From assembly GCF_006345805.1 (NCBI RefSeq), contig NC_043008.1:1550001-1614000 (forward strand): a stretch of 64,000 nucleotides of DNA, in the 5' to 3' direction. Each line of letters starts with the position of its first letter. Position 1 is the stretch's first letter. This DNA is from Octopus sinensis. Taxonomy: Eukaryota. The position numbers were made by a program, and so were the translations under genes. Under the pieces are notes generated by a model. The model saw nothing but the letters and a program-made list of their open reading frames with translations, did not search any database and had not been told where the DNA came from. This document shows, piece by piece, positions 25,345 to 39,560 of this stretch.

Positions 25345-25558
25345 AGAGGTCACGCGAGTTCGAATCTTAGACCGGGCGATGCATGTGTGTTTATGAGCGA
25401 AACACCTAAGCTCTACGCGGTTCCGGCAGAAGGTAATGATGAACTTCTGCTTACACTTTCGCTACAACTTTCTCTCCTCCTGCAGCTAGCGGCCCACCTG
25501 AGACGGACCGGCATCCCGTCCAGGTGGGGAACCTATTCGCCAAGGAAACCGGCCCTAT
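25345..25558 (+). mobile_element. SINE (head type 2 variant), 5'-degraded, abutting family B insertion
   Basis: gagttcgaatcttagaccgggcgat...acggaccggcatcccgtccaggtggggaacc; homologous to 29069-29368. Confidence 0.85.
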
Positions 25559-25565
25559 ATATATA

Positions 25566-26434
25566 ACATTATATAATTAGGGCTTAGTAAAATAAATTAC
25601 TTTGCCACATACTGAACTTTCTAGAAATAGCAGCCAAAAGGTTTTTTTAGCCATTTCCACTACTTTAAGAAAAATTCTCTCAGATAATGTTTACTCAAAA
25701 ATAACTCACGAAGATATGGAGGTAAAACAGTAAAATATCACAAGTACAAAGATGATTTGAGAACGTCACGTTTCTAGATTAGCCGAAATAAAACTCGGCA
25801 TTTCCTTCGTCAGCTCAACATTTCTTAATTTTGGATTTGAAAGCACTAAAAGAATGAACATACACGTCCGGTAATGTATCACCTCAGACAAACACCCTCA
25901 AACTGCCAGTACTAGCAAATTCAAAATGTACAAGCGAAGATTCCCGCTCTTTCCTCTTCCACCCACGTGAGCTATCTAGTAAACATACTATAACGGTGAG
26001 AACCGTAGTAACAGAACATGGAGAAAGGAATTATAATATCAATAATTGAGGGTAAAATTAATTAGTTATTAATCAATTTCACCAAGTAGTGTTCATTATG
26101 TAAAAGGACCATTTAAGGCGTTTTCAAAATATTACATTATATAATTAGGGCTTAGTAAAATAAATTACTTTGCCACATACTGAACATTCTAGAAATAGCA
26201 GCCAAAACGTTTTTTAGCCATTTCCACTACTTTAAGAAAAATTCTCTCAGATAATGTTCATTTAGGGGCTGCTATTTCTAGAAAGTTCAGTATGTGGCAA
26301 AGTAATTTATTTTACTAAGCCCTAATTATATAATGTAATATTTTGAATACGCCTTAAATAGTCCTTTTACATACTGAACACTACTTGGTGAAATTGATTA
26401 ATAACTAATTAATTTTACCCTCAATTATTGATAT
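25566..26434 (-). mobile_element. Family B locus: 568-bp unit + partial tandem unit + inverted ~165-bp copy
   Basis: acattatataattaggg occurs at 25566 and 26134 (period 568 bp); 26267-26434 is the reverse complement of ~26039-26203. Confidence 0.9.
25757..25818 (-). ncRNA. Type I hammerhead motif (family B)
   Basis: UUGAG CUGACGA AGGA-AAU-GCCGA-loop-UCGGC-UAA-UCUA GAAA CGUGACG UU CUCAA. Stem I is 5 bp; the distal stem II differs in sequence from other copies but still pairs. Confidence 0.75.
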
Positions 26435-26448
26435 ATATATATATATAT

Positions 26449-26660
26449 AATGGCCTAGTGGTTAGGGCAGCGGCCTCGCGGTCGCAGGATCGCGGTTTCG
26501 ATTCTCAGACTGGGCGTTGTGTGTGTTTATTGAGCGAAAACACCTAAAAAGCTCTACGAGGCTCCGGCAGGGGGTGGTGATCCCTGCTGTACTCTTTCAC
26601 CACAATGGCGGTGCCCCAGCATGGCCACAGCTCAAGAGCTGAAACTGGAAAAAACAAAAA
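26449..26660 (+). mobile_element. tRNA-derived SINE (head type 2, short tail)
   Basis: tggcctagtggttagggcagcgg...ggtttcgattctcagac; homologous to 15381-15610. Confidence 0.9.
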
Positions 26661-26688
26661 ACAAACAAACAATATAAAACGTAAAGAT

Positions 26689-27257
26689 TATTAGCCATCT
26701 GAATGTGGCTAGCCACTGGGGGGGGGGGTTACTGATGCTTTTAGCCCCAGGCGATCAACATGTCTAAAGTCCTTCTGGTGACGTTGATCGCCTGGGGTTA
26801 AAAGCATCAGTAACACCCCACCCCCCAGTGGATAGCCACATTCAGATGGCTAATACCCCTTACGTTGTCGAGCGGTTACTGTTTATATCTCGTTCAGAGA
26901 TTTATTATTGTTTTCAGACAGTTTTTCTACATCAGTGACAGTGGTTGCTGTGAAAAACATTATATATTATTTGCAGGGGTCTCCTTCATCGAAGACCGGT
27001 GCTTACCATGCGTCGACGAGAGGCAATTACCTTGAAACTATAGTCCGTATGTAGTACTCGGGTCTTCGAGGGAGGATGACCTCCCTTTGCAAATAACACA
27101 AGGGCACTGAGATAGTGTCTAAAGTCCTTCTGGTGACGTTGATCGCCTGGGGCTAAAAGCATCAGTAACACCCCCCCCCCAGTGGCTAGCCAGATTCAGA
27201 TGGCTAATACCCCTTACGTTGTCGAGCGGTTACTGTTTATATCTCGTTCAGAGATTT
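26689..27257 (+). mobile_element. Family E: 355-bp unit with ~141-bp terminal redundancy, 5' inverted 71-bp arm and variant HHR
   Basis: Direct repeats 26762-26903 and 27117-27257; inverted arms 26689-26759 and 26783-26855; HHR-like fold at 27008-27050; no ORF of recognisable homology. Confidence 0.85.
27008..27050 (+). ncRNA. Hammerhead-like fold with core variant UCGACGA
   Basis: AUGCG UCGACGA GAGG-CAAUUA-CCUU GAAA CUAUAGU C CGUAU. Stem I is 5 bp and extends into gaagacc/ggtcttc, stem II is 4 bp, stem III is the palindrome ACUAUAGU, the triplet is GUC. Confidence 0.72.
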
Positions 27258-27313
27258 TTTATCGTTATATATATATATATATTTATTTATTTATATACAT
27301 ATTTACACACACA

Positions 27314-27345
<32 letters not shown>

Positions 27346-27994
27346 TATAGTCTATATTTTCCAAAACTTTTGATGTATATATATAATCCCAGCGTATGTC
27401 AATATGCACTTCTACCGATTCATAATGCCGGTTAACATACGTGAGCTTATGTACCTTCAGTTGGGCGGCTTAAGTAATCTTCGTAGATTCTAACGAATGA
27501 AAACTCTATAGAGACTGTGTATTTTTCGATATAGGAGAAATGATAAGGAACCACTTAAAGGAAAACAGACAACAGAGAAGATACAGTTTGAAATTATGCT
27601 GTCATTTATGTATTTATTTTGCCGCCTACGTAAACTATCCTCCGCTATCAAGGTACATCTTTCGCTTCTTTCAGTGCATTGTTATGGTAGAGTCCATGAA
27701 GGGCTTTATCAGGGAATTTTAACTGGTAATTTGATATCTACGAAATGGAAAAAAATTCTGACGCACAACATTTATCTTGTTTATATTTATTTCTTTATTC
27801 AACCTCAACGTGGAATCGATCTAAAAATAGCACAAACTAACCTTTTAACCCTACTGGTCAAAGGGAGAAATTAACTGCTATAAATGTAGGTCAAATTACC
27901 ATTCATCCCTTTTGGGTTCTTAAGATCAATTTTCCTTAATTCAAAGACCATCCCTTTCATTGTTGTTCTTGCTTCTTTTATAAATCTCTTTATA

Positions 27995-28224
27995 AAGGCG
28001 GTGAGCTGGCAGAATCGTTAGCACGCCGGGCAAAATGCGTAGCCGTATTTCGCCTGCCGTTACGTAGTGAGTTCAAATTCCGCCGAAGTCGACTTTGCCT
28101 TTCATCATTTCGGGGTCGATAAATTAAGTACCAGTTACGCAATGAGGTCGATGTAATCGACTTAATCTCTTTGTCTGTCCTTGTTTGTCCTCTCTGTGTT
28201 TAGGCCCTTGTGGGTAGTAAAGAA
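27995..28224 (+). mobile_element. tRNA-derived SINE type 4
   Basis: aggcggtgagctggcagaatcgttagc (A-box-like) ... gagttcaaattcc (B box) ... tagcccttgtgggtagtaaagaaa; many homologues in the window. Confidence 0.9.
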
Positions 28225-28429
28225 ACACACACACATATATATATCTTTATTATTTTTAATAATTATTAATACGCGTAGGTATTTCTTCATTACTGTTCAT
28301 ATAATCTAATTTAATTTTATGGATATCCAATTAATTGGTTAGCAATATTTTGCTGTATAATATTTATTATCTGCTATATTAAATTAAACTTTACATTTCT
28401 AACTAACCCTATACTCCAGTCTTACCTCC

Positions 28430-28713
28430 CCCCACACACGCATATACACATATACGCGTGTGTGCACGTTTGTGTGTAAAGATGTATGTATATGTATACG
28501 TGTATATACATACATACATACATCAATACGCAAATATACACATGTACGAGTGTGTGTATGTATAGATGTATGTATGTATGTATGTATATACACGTATATA
28601 TATACATACATCTATACACACACGCTCACATATCCACATATACATACATATATCTATACACACACATACACATATACACGTGTGTGTATAGATGTATGCA
28701 TGTATATACACGT

Positions 28714-28792
<79 letters not shown>

Positions 28793-29035
28793 TATACACA
28801 CACGCGCGCGCACATACACGCTCACATATCCACATATACATATACATACATATATCTATACACACACACACACGCACACATACAAATAAAGCAATTATAT
28901 CCACCAATGCGGTGTTGAGAACTCATTTTCAATGTCTGACATTTAAGTACACACACGCGTGCGCGCACACATGCTCACATATACAGACACAAAGACAAAC
29001 CCAAGGACACAGACAGACAGACAGACAGACAGACA
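28430..29035. repeat. Compound (CA)/(TA)/(CATA)/(CAGA) microsatellite field
   Basis: Direct reading; explains the overlapping low-complexity ORFs at 28399-29085. Confidence 0.95.
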
Positions 29036-29068
29036 GACCGGTTCACCAACATTTATTTTTAGTTTTTT

Positions 29069-29368
29069 GGAGGCACATGGCATAGTAGTTAAGGCAGCAG
29101 ACTCGCGGTCCAGGCATCGCGGGTTCGAATCTCAGACCGGGCGATGTGTGTGTTTATGACCGAAATACCTAAGCTCCACACGGCTCCGGCAGAAGGTAAT
29201 GGCGAACTTCTGCTGACTCTTTCCCCACAACTTTCTATCACTCGTTTCTCCTCCATCTTGCAGCTCACCTGCGATGGACCGGCGTCCCGTCCAGGTGGGG
29301 AACCTATACGCCAAGAATCCGGGAAACCGGCACTTATAAGCCAGGCATAGCTCGAGAAGGAATAAACA
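29069..29368 (+). mobile_element. tRNA-derived SINE (head type 2 variant), near full length
   Basis: ggaggcacatggcatagtagttaaggcagc...gggttcgaatctcagacc...gctcacctgcgatggaccggcgtcccgtccagg... Confidence 0.9.
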
Positions 29369-29710
29369 CACCGATATTTTTGCTTCAGAAAGTAACTTTG
29401 ACACGTTGCGGTTTGGGCTTGAATTCTACTTCGTGGCGACTTCTAGAAATGGTTCTTCAGGGTGTCTGAGTTAAATAATGCCCAATGAACAAATTTAGTA
29501 GATGGAAGATTGTCATCTCTCTCTCTATCTTCCTCTCTCTCTCTCTCCTTCCCTGTCTCTCTATCTTCCTCTCTCTCTCTCTCAGACTCCTGACAGAATG
29601 TCTCAAATATGAACGGACTGGCATATTACTGTCGCTGCGTTTCTTTTCCACAATCAGTTGACACCTAATCTCTGTAACTTAAGCGTTCTATTTCTTTACT
29701 ACCCACCATG

Positions 29711-29858
29711 GGCTAAACACAGAGAAGACAAACAAGGACAGACAAACGGATTTGGTCGATTATATATCGACCCCAGTGCGTAACTGGTACTTAATTTATT
29801 GACCCTGAAATGATGAAAGGCAAAGTCGACCTCGGCAGAATTTGATCTCAGAACGTAT
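29711..29858 (-). mobile_element. SINE type 4, partial
   Basis: Reverse complement of the body and tail of 27995-28224. Confidence 0.85.
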
Positions 29859-31535
29859 TTGTAACTTAAGCATTTGGCATAATAGAACAAAAGCGTAAGT
29901 ACTGGGGTCAACTTATTTGAATAAACATGGCCATGCTGCAGCAACGCCGCAGTCCAGTGGCTCCAACAGTTTAATGTCATACATAGGAACCCACGTACTT
30001 AGATACGCACATATTCTTGGCGAATGTAGTGGTCAGTTTGATGTTTAAACGAATGGAATTTCTGGTTTTTGAAGGCAACACAGCATATTATAGGAAAGGT
30101 GAACTATAGAATATAGTTTATATTACAGATTAATATTTCCGTTTAAGGACTGGCCATAAAGGGCAACTGTTGAAAAATACCGACTGCTGCACATCGTGAG
30201 TTCATGTAATCTTGGAAACCTTGAACGGAAAGACCGAGACGTGAATATCTTTAGAATCTATGTGCACCAAAATTTAATGAACGACCACGTCTTACTAATG
30301 GTTTCAAATTTTTGAAGTACTAGTACTTCATTGGTACGTAGTTTATTGACCCCCGAATCATGAGAGGAAATTTATTACTGAAACAGATATTGTTTGTTTC
30401 TTAATAGACATACGTGGGGATATAAAAATATTCATTTTCTGGAAGGCGAATGCGAAGATGTGTTTCTACTCTTTGCAGAAAATTCTATAACCTTTATTCT
30501 ATTATTATTTAGAGGTAAATGTCTGATACATCCTGATCAAATTTGCTGCTATTTGGGAGTAACGAAAGCAACTAAAATTAAGTGAGAGAATATCACGGAC
30601 CCACCAGATCAAAAAGTGTACAGTTGAGCACTAAATTTAATGAAAATATCACGGTCAGAAAGAACTGGAATGAACTTAATTTATTTTCATGTCTGCCTGT
30701 GTAAAATGAATGTGTAGTTCTTCTATTTTGTACATGAGTTTTATGAGAGAATGATTCATTATGTATGCGTGTATGTATATGATTGTTACAATGAAAATGC
30801 ATCGGAGTTTACTTTAAAAAAATACAGACAAAAGGTTATCGACTTAAACTGAAAGAAACAATCACCTAATTATTTGATTTTACGGTTTCTCTGAATATCT
30901 TATACGCTACGTGTTTCTTTAAAATATGGGCTAGTACATTTTTTATTTGATATTTTCATCCATTTCATACCATCTGTGAGTGTGATGTTGTTTCTATCCA
31001 TAAGTGTGTGTGTGCGTGTGTCTGTGTGTGTGTGTGTGTGTGTGTCTGTGTGCCTGTGTGTATGTGTGTATGTGCGTGTGTGTTTGCTTTGTATTTAGTT
31101 ATGTACTTATGTTGAGTTTGAAAGAGACGATGACCTATTAATATAGTTATTGAAAATTAAATTGTAAAATCTCTCGTGGTTTGCATTATTTGTTGTGTTC
31201 TGTATAATCTCATTTTGTATATTCTAATATATAAAATTAAAAAAATGCAGGCTTTATTTGTCTCTTTTTTTCCTTATTTTTTTTAACTCGGCCTCACTAT
31301 ATCCCTCTATGCATTAAAATTAAATTGACTTAGGTAAAGTCATATTTATAGAGAGAGCGCTTCCTATTCCACAAAAATATCTAACCACTTTTCAGGCATG
31401 GCTTTATTTTCTTTTCCACCTCAGTTGAAATTTAGAAATTCTTAAAATGTTTTTCGGCCGTACGGAATTGGGAACGTCGATGAATATTAGATGTCTCTGT
31501 GTATGAATATATATATATATACATACATATATATA

Positions 31536-31598
<63 letters not shown>

Positions 31599-32774
31599 TT
31601 AGTTCACTGTTTTATAAAACAAAATTATTTTCTCTTCGTTTTATTGTTCATTAATGTTGAATAATAATGAACTGTGTGTCAGCTTAAAGTACGAGGAACG
31701 AGCCGTAATCAATACGAGAACAGTTTACTTGAGCAAATAAAGGTTACATAAGTAACATTACTGGTGAAACTATTGCGAAATTGGCTTTGATTTATTGACA
31801 TAATCTGATATTATAACTGAATCTTTTGTACTTCAGGAAGCTACAAGTTTATTTAGCCAGATTTCTTGTTAACTCAGATCATAATATCGTAGACCTTTTC
31901 AATAATTGTCGAAACTAGAGTAATATCCAATGCTTCGTATGCAGAATATGCTTTTATGGGCCACAGTCTGAAATTGGTTGCTTGTGAATGTTTCCATCAC
32001 AATTTTATTACTTGCTCATCACGAACAAACATTATTGTTTCTCGACAAATACAGATACTAAAAGAAGCTAACAACTATTTAATAGTATCTAGAATTACTG
32101 ACCTTTTCACTAATATCGTAAATTGAAGTGAGTCTTTGAGGAAATAGAGAAAAATACTATATATTGAAAGACCGATAAAAATTTAAACAGATTTCTACGG
32201 TTGCTAACAAGTTCAACTACGCTGCAACATTTATGACCTTCATAAATTTTGTTCTCTTCAGTAGATTTCTTAGTCTCAAATTAGATTTATCTTTTCGTAA
32301 AATATTATTGGTAAAATGTCTCCTAAAATGATATGCACTGAAATGAAAGCCACACTCAAATAAATTTCAATTGCTTAAGTTTGCAAAATATTCTCAACTG
32401 TGAGGTAGGAAACGAATCTATATTTGTTTCTCCAGTTCACATTAGCTTCCTTTCCATCTCTCACCTACCTCTGTTCTTTCGATATATTTTATATATATTT
32501 CCATCCATACATATCTCTATCTATTTATTTACCTATGTGAGGCTTTTAATATGCGTGTGTCTAGTTATGGGAATGTGCTTGCATCCGCATGCTTGTTAAC
32601 ATTTGTGTATGTGGGAGTGTTTATGCGTGTGGGTGTTTGTGCATGTCTTGGATTTACGTGCGCAAGTGAACTCGGACCAACAGGGTTTTCCGTATCCGAA
32701 ACTGAGAGTTTTATCTTGGCTACCGAATAATTGTCACATATTATATTTACAGATATAAATATACACATATATAT

Positions 32775-33890
<1,116 letters not shown>

Positions 33891-33911
33891 ATGTATATAT
33901 ATATTATATAT

Positions 33912-33955
<44 letters not shown>

Positions 33956-34615
33956 ATATATATATATATAATTAGAAGTCTCCTGGTTTAAGGGAATATG
34001 TAGTATATGTTACATAAACAGGCAACGAGAGATGTATCTCAACGCGTTTTTATTGTCGGGCAAGAATAGCCACAATGGAAATTTAATAACTATTTTGCTC
34101 TTTCGTTCATACGTCAATTCAATAAAATAATTCCTATGTTATATAACTTTTCCCTTTAGTTCAACGTTCAAATACTACTACTTTATTCATTACGTGGAAT
34201 GTTCTAGAATTTTGGCAGAAGTAACAGCACAGCTAATACAACATAAAAGAACTGCAGGTGAAATAAATCTTCTATGGAAAGTCTAAACTAAATTCCAATT
34301 ACACTTGATTCTAATGCGTTTGTATAGTTTACAAACATCAGCAAATATTTGCCATTATTTGTGAATATTACCACTGTTTAGTAAGGAATAAGGAAAACAA
34401 TTTCTTGGCGTTAAATGTATTAATTAAAGTCATGAAAACAATATATTTTACTATAATAATTAATGTCAGGAATTTAATTCAATGTAAGTTCATTGTTGCA
34501 AAAGCATAGAATATTCTTACACCCACTGATACCATATTAACACGCACAAACCAAATCGCACACATATGCATTACATACGTACAATCATACATGCATACAT
34601 ACATATGTAATATAT

Positions 34616-34663
<48 letters not shown>

Positions 34664-34920
34664 GTGAAATAGAAAGATGAATAATCTTGTAGTAGATTAA
34701 TCAAAAGTTTAACCGATACCTTAGTAGCAAAAATCACAGCAGTAAACAGCACGGTTGGAGGTACAACCATCTGGCGTTGCAACCGTGCGTTGGTGCGGAT
34801 AATTTCTTCAATTCACCAATAATGTTTTATATATATATATACATATATATTCATGTATATATGTATAAGATGTGACTGGTTGCGAAGATTATTAGCTTAT
34901 CTTAATATGTGTATATATAA

Positions 34921-34972
<52 letters not shown>

Positions 34973-34988
34973 GTATATACGTTCATAC

Positions 34989-35071
<83 letters not shown>

Positions 35072-37209
35072 ATATATCTGTGATATAGGAACGCGTACAT
35101 TGTGTAGTTCATTATACAATATTTGAGATTAGAGGCAATTATCAAAAGCAATTCTCGCCCAGATTATCAATGATTTTAACATTTTAACATGAAATTTTAA
35201 ACCCATTAAGCAACAGAGATATATCCCAAGCGTAAAGCCTGATAATTTTAACCATTGGGACACCCTTTTGCCATATATATACTTATACGAAAAATCTTTT
35301 TGTCTTTTTAGTAGTTTGTCTTATACAATAAACATATATCCCTACCTCTATATATCTTGAACGTCGCATATTTTGCAGAATTGGGAGTTCATCGTCGAGC
35401 ATTGTGGGTTTGTTATTCCTATCACATGTATGTTTTGGTACATACATGTGATAGGAGGCTGCAAAAACAAATGCTTCCACCACGGTCATTTTTGAACTTT
35501 GCAACATCTCATTAGTCATCAGAGGCATAAACACGAACAGAGAAGCCAAATAAATTATCAGACACACGATAAAATGCCGCCGACGACGACTACACAGAAC
35601 GAATGGTGTTGTCTCAAACTTTACTTAAATCTTTTGTGTTGCTTTATCATTAACAGTTTGTCTGTGTTCTCACCAAATGATGTATCTATAGAATTGAATT
35701 TCAAAGAAGAGTCACAGGAACGTGTTGGCTTATCCTTGGTATATATTTGAACACATTCGGTTCGTAACAAGCTTTCATACACCATCACATCACGTAGTGA
35801 TAACTATATTGTATGAATATATTTTAGATGTATTTTCTGCTCTTCATGTTTTACATTAATTTGGAACATTTAAATTCGAGATCATATCATTAAGCCACCT
35901 ACACAAAATTATGTTACATTAAACGTGTAATTATTAATAATCTCTCGAAACACAATTTGCATATTTATAGGTATAATCAATCACACAACGTTCGGTATTT
36001 GAAAGCTAATATTAGCGTTCAAGGTATAAGCCTCAAAACGAATTCAATGACCGAAAAATGTCACAAGAAATGAGAAAAGTGCACTTCTAACAGTTTACTT
36101 TTTGCTCGAAAGTAACAGACTACGAACTTTGAGAAAATATGAAAACACTCAGCCAGAAACCTAATTTCGTTTGTCCATAATTACTTGATATATATCTAAC
36201 TGTATATATATATATATATATTTAGTTCCTAATCCACGCTATAATTCCTATTTCTCATAAAGAAGAACAAAAAATATTTTAAAACTATGCGATTGAGGTC
36301 GAATTCATGAATAAATTTTATAGTATTGAAGTAGAGAACGTGACTTACTTTACGATACATGTATGAGAATCATATGTGCTATATTTTTTTGTATTTGTAA
36401 ATATTTATTTAAAACAATATTTGAGATTAGCTTGCAGGCACATTTGTTGTTCAATTTAATTTCCTGCCCGCTCAATATCCATTCATTGTGTTCTTTTGAC
36501 TGCTGCAACTGTCTTGATAGATTCGCGCCGACAAACGTCACAACAGATATTTCTCAGGGCGTTAAACCTTTTTTTTTTATTCCTTCTTAAAATATGATAT
36601 CTCTATGAATTTATTAATGAATACTTGATCGATAATTCCTTCCAACGTAATCAATTAAAAAACAAACAGCGTTTGAGACACATTGTGTTATCATTTCAAA
36701 ACATAGAATTGGATTAACAGTGATAAGGCAAAAATTGCTAAGAATACCATCCCAGAAAAAAACAAGTCAAATAAATGAATAAATAAATGAAGAAAATGAA
36801 TCGAACGAAAAAGAAATATTCTACATTGATGAAAATTAATTTAAACATTCCTCACTTTGAAAAACACAATGATTATTTCTGTGACAATATTCGGGCAAAG
36901 AAATTCGAAAATTTTCAAAAATATAAAATATTTGAAGTCTTGATATGAAAGGAGAAAAATAATAACTTCGCTAGAAGACCGGAATTGTTTGGTTAGTTCA
37001 TGAAAATATGTCATGCATTATATACATACATACACACACAAGTTCATACACATTTACAGGCAAGACACTTACGCACTCTGATAGACGGACTTTCATAATT
37101 ATACATATCTATTCATACATACGCAAACGCATATGTGCTTGTGTGTGTGTGTGTGTGTGTCTGTGTGTGTGTGTGTGTATAAATATGCACGCACACACAC
37201 TCATGTTTA

Positions 37210-37590
37210 ATCTTTTTAAATTTGTTTTCAGTTATTTGGCAGCGGCCATGCAGGGGTATCGCCTTGAAATTTTAGTCGGCTGTATCGACCACTGTACATA
37301 TTATTATTTTCTTTTTTTCAAATCTGATACTTAACTTATCGGTTCATTTTGTCGAACCGCTAAGTTATGTAAGCGCACCAATAGCAGTTGTCAAGAAGTG
37401 ATGTAACGCGAGAAATACATACAACAGGCTTCGTTTAGTTTCCGTCAAACAAATTCACTCAAAAGGCTTTGGTAGGACCGAGACAGTTGTAGAAAACTCT
37501 TGCCCTTGGTTCCACGTACTAGGACTGAACCGGGAACTATAAGGTTGGGAAGCAAGTTTCTCAACACAAAACCACGTCTGCGCTTATGCG
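37210..37590 (-). mobile_element. SINE type 3, diverged full-length copy
   Basis: Homology to 22551-23032 (gcggccatgc...gaaccgctaag...gtttccgtc...aaggctttggt...ggactgaacc). Confidence 0.8.
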
Positions 37591-37696
37591 CCTATATAGA
37601 CAGATAAATATATTTCTAATAAGTCGGGTGGATATTAGAAACAATATTAAGAATTAAAATTTATGAATTATACATTACAAATGGAAATATGAATTA

Positions 37697-37743
<47 letters not shown>

Positions 37744-39560
37744 TTACATTTTTTGCTGGTACTAAAATGGTGATTTAAGGAAGATAGCAGGGAACTATGA
37801 GTATTTATAGGTAATTAGTACCAAGGGGGGCAATTACACTATACACAGTTTTAATTTTAGCGTATCCTCTATTATTATTTTCAAATATACCTATATTGGG
37901 AGGTATATATAATTTGTTAGTATATAATTTTAGTAATAGTTAATTCATATGTAATTATTTTATTTAAATCGTTTATTCGTATATTTAGTTTTATTTATAT
38001 ATCGTCTCTGTTGACTGTGATTTGTGATTTTTTTTACCGTTAATGTATACACAACAGATATATGTAGCCGGTACCAAGAAGCTGCTTGTTCCACCAGGAT
38101 TAATTCAAACAGCTTAATGCTTTCATTGTTGTGCCTTTATATGTCTGGGATTCCAAATTCGATAAGTTAAATGTAAATCGGAATATCTGAAGTTGGACGC
38201 CTTTATCAATGAGAATTAATTTAGTACTTTATGTAGCGATATATGCTCTCAGATTAAACTGTGGTGTCTTCTATGAAATTCTATCTATAATAATAACTAC
38301 AGTAAGATATGTTACTTAGAAGAATGTTATGCAGATTGCAATACCTCAATTTTGGTTATAGAACGGAGCTATTTCCATTGAGAAACATAAGAAGACTGCA
38401 GAATTACGGATGGAATCATTTTTACCACCGTTATAACTGATTTATGTGGAGTTACACAAAATTTGGAACGACAATAACAAAATCAAATATAAAGAAAATC
38501 TCTGGCTAGAAACCTGCCAACAATTCATAAAATACATTGGAAACAATATCGGCAACGAATGAAACAATGATATCAAATTCAATAAAACAAGAAACCACAG
38601 CAGCAGTACTAAGACCATCAATGCTAAAAGCACGTGATAATGATACAAACAACTTCAATGAACATATCGAAACAACAGCAACTCTATAAACAACAGCATG
38701 GATAATTTACAGACAAGAGAAGCACGGAAGTATTACAATAGTATAAAGAAATGTTCCCACGGAGAGATCGTGACCTCGAGACGAGAAAGTCAGAAATTTT
38801 GACGGAGAACTAGTTGAAATTGTTGAGCTGTGAATTTATATTTAATTGGTAACTTCAAAAAACAAAAACAAAAAAATAATGCTGTCATACTAATGTATTT
38901 CTCGCAGAAAGTCTTATAGAAATTAATTCATCGTCTGCACACAATGCTGCCTACGTCAGTATGTCTCAAGGAATATTCGGGTGAAACACGCCTACTCGCA
39001 AATGTATTTAAATGTATGCTCTTGAGGTACATAAATTTATTTCAGCACAATCTGCTGACGTTAACCATCGCATTGTTCACTAATACCGTTTTAAGCATTA
39101 CCTCGAAATGTTGGAATTTTAATATATATGTAATGAATTGATGTATTTCGAACATTTACATAAGTAGTATTTTGTTAATATTCTTCTTTACAAGAGTAGT
39201 CTAATATTGTGCAGATATGCAGATATCATTAAAGGTAATATTTATCTCAGGAAAAATACGTAGGAAAATACAGCGTATAAGTTATAGGAAATTTTCATCT
39301 ATATTCAAAGGATGTCTGGAGTGAAATAATATCTCGTGTCCTGTTATAACTCACGCTTTCGTATTCTTACGATACAGAATTTAAAAGAATTGATCCTCTG
39401 ACAACTCTTTTTGAAATATTATTCTAATTCTCTGCAAAAATTTGGTATGGACATCAGTTGAATTGATGTTTGAAATTGTCATCAATATTTGTAGCATTGT
39501 TATAGCTAGAGGTGGACGTAGCATACAGGCACGCTGTTAGTAGATCCTTAGCATATGGTA

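Noticed and set aside
38440-38780. A-rich block that looks like a decayed retroelement ORF
   Set aside because: Short frames only, no diagnostic motif.
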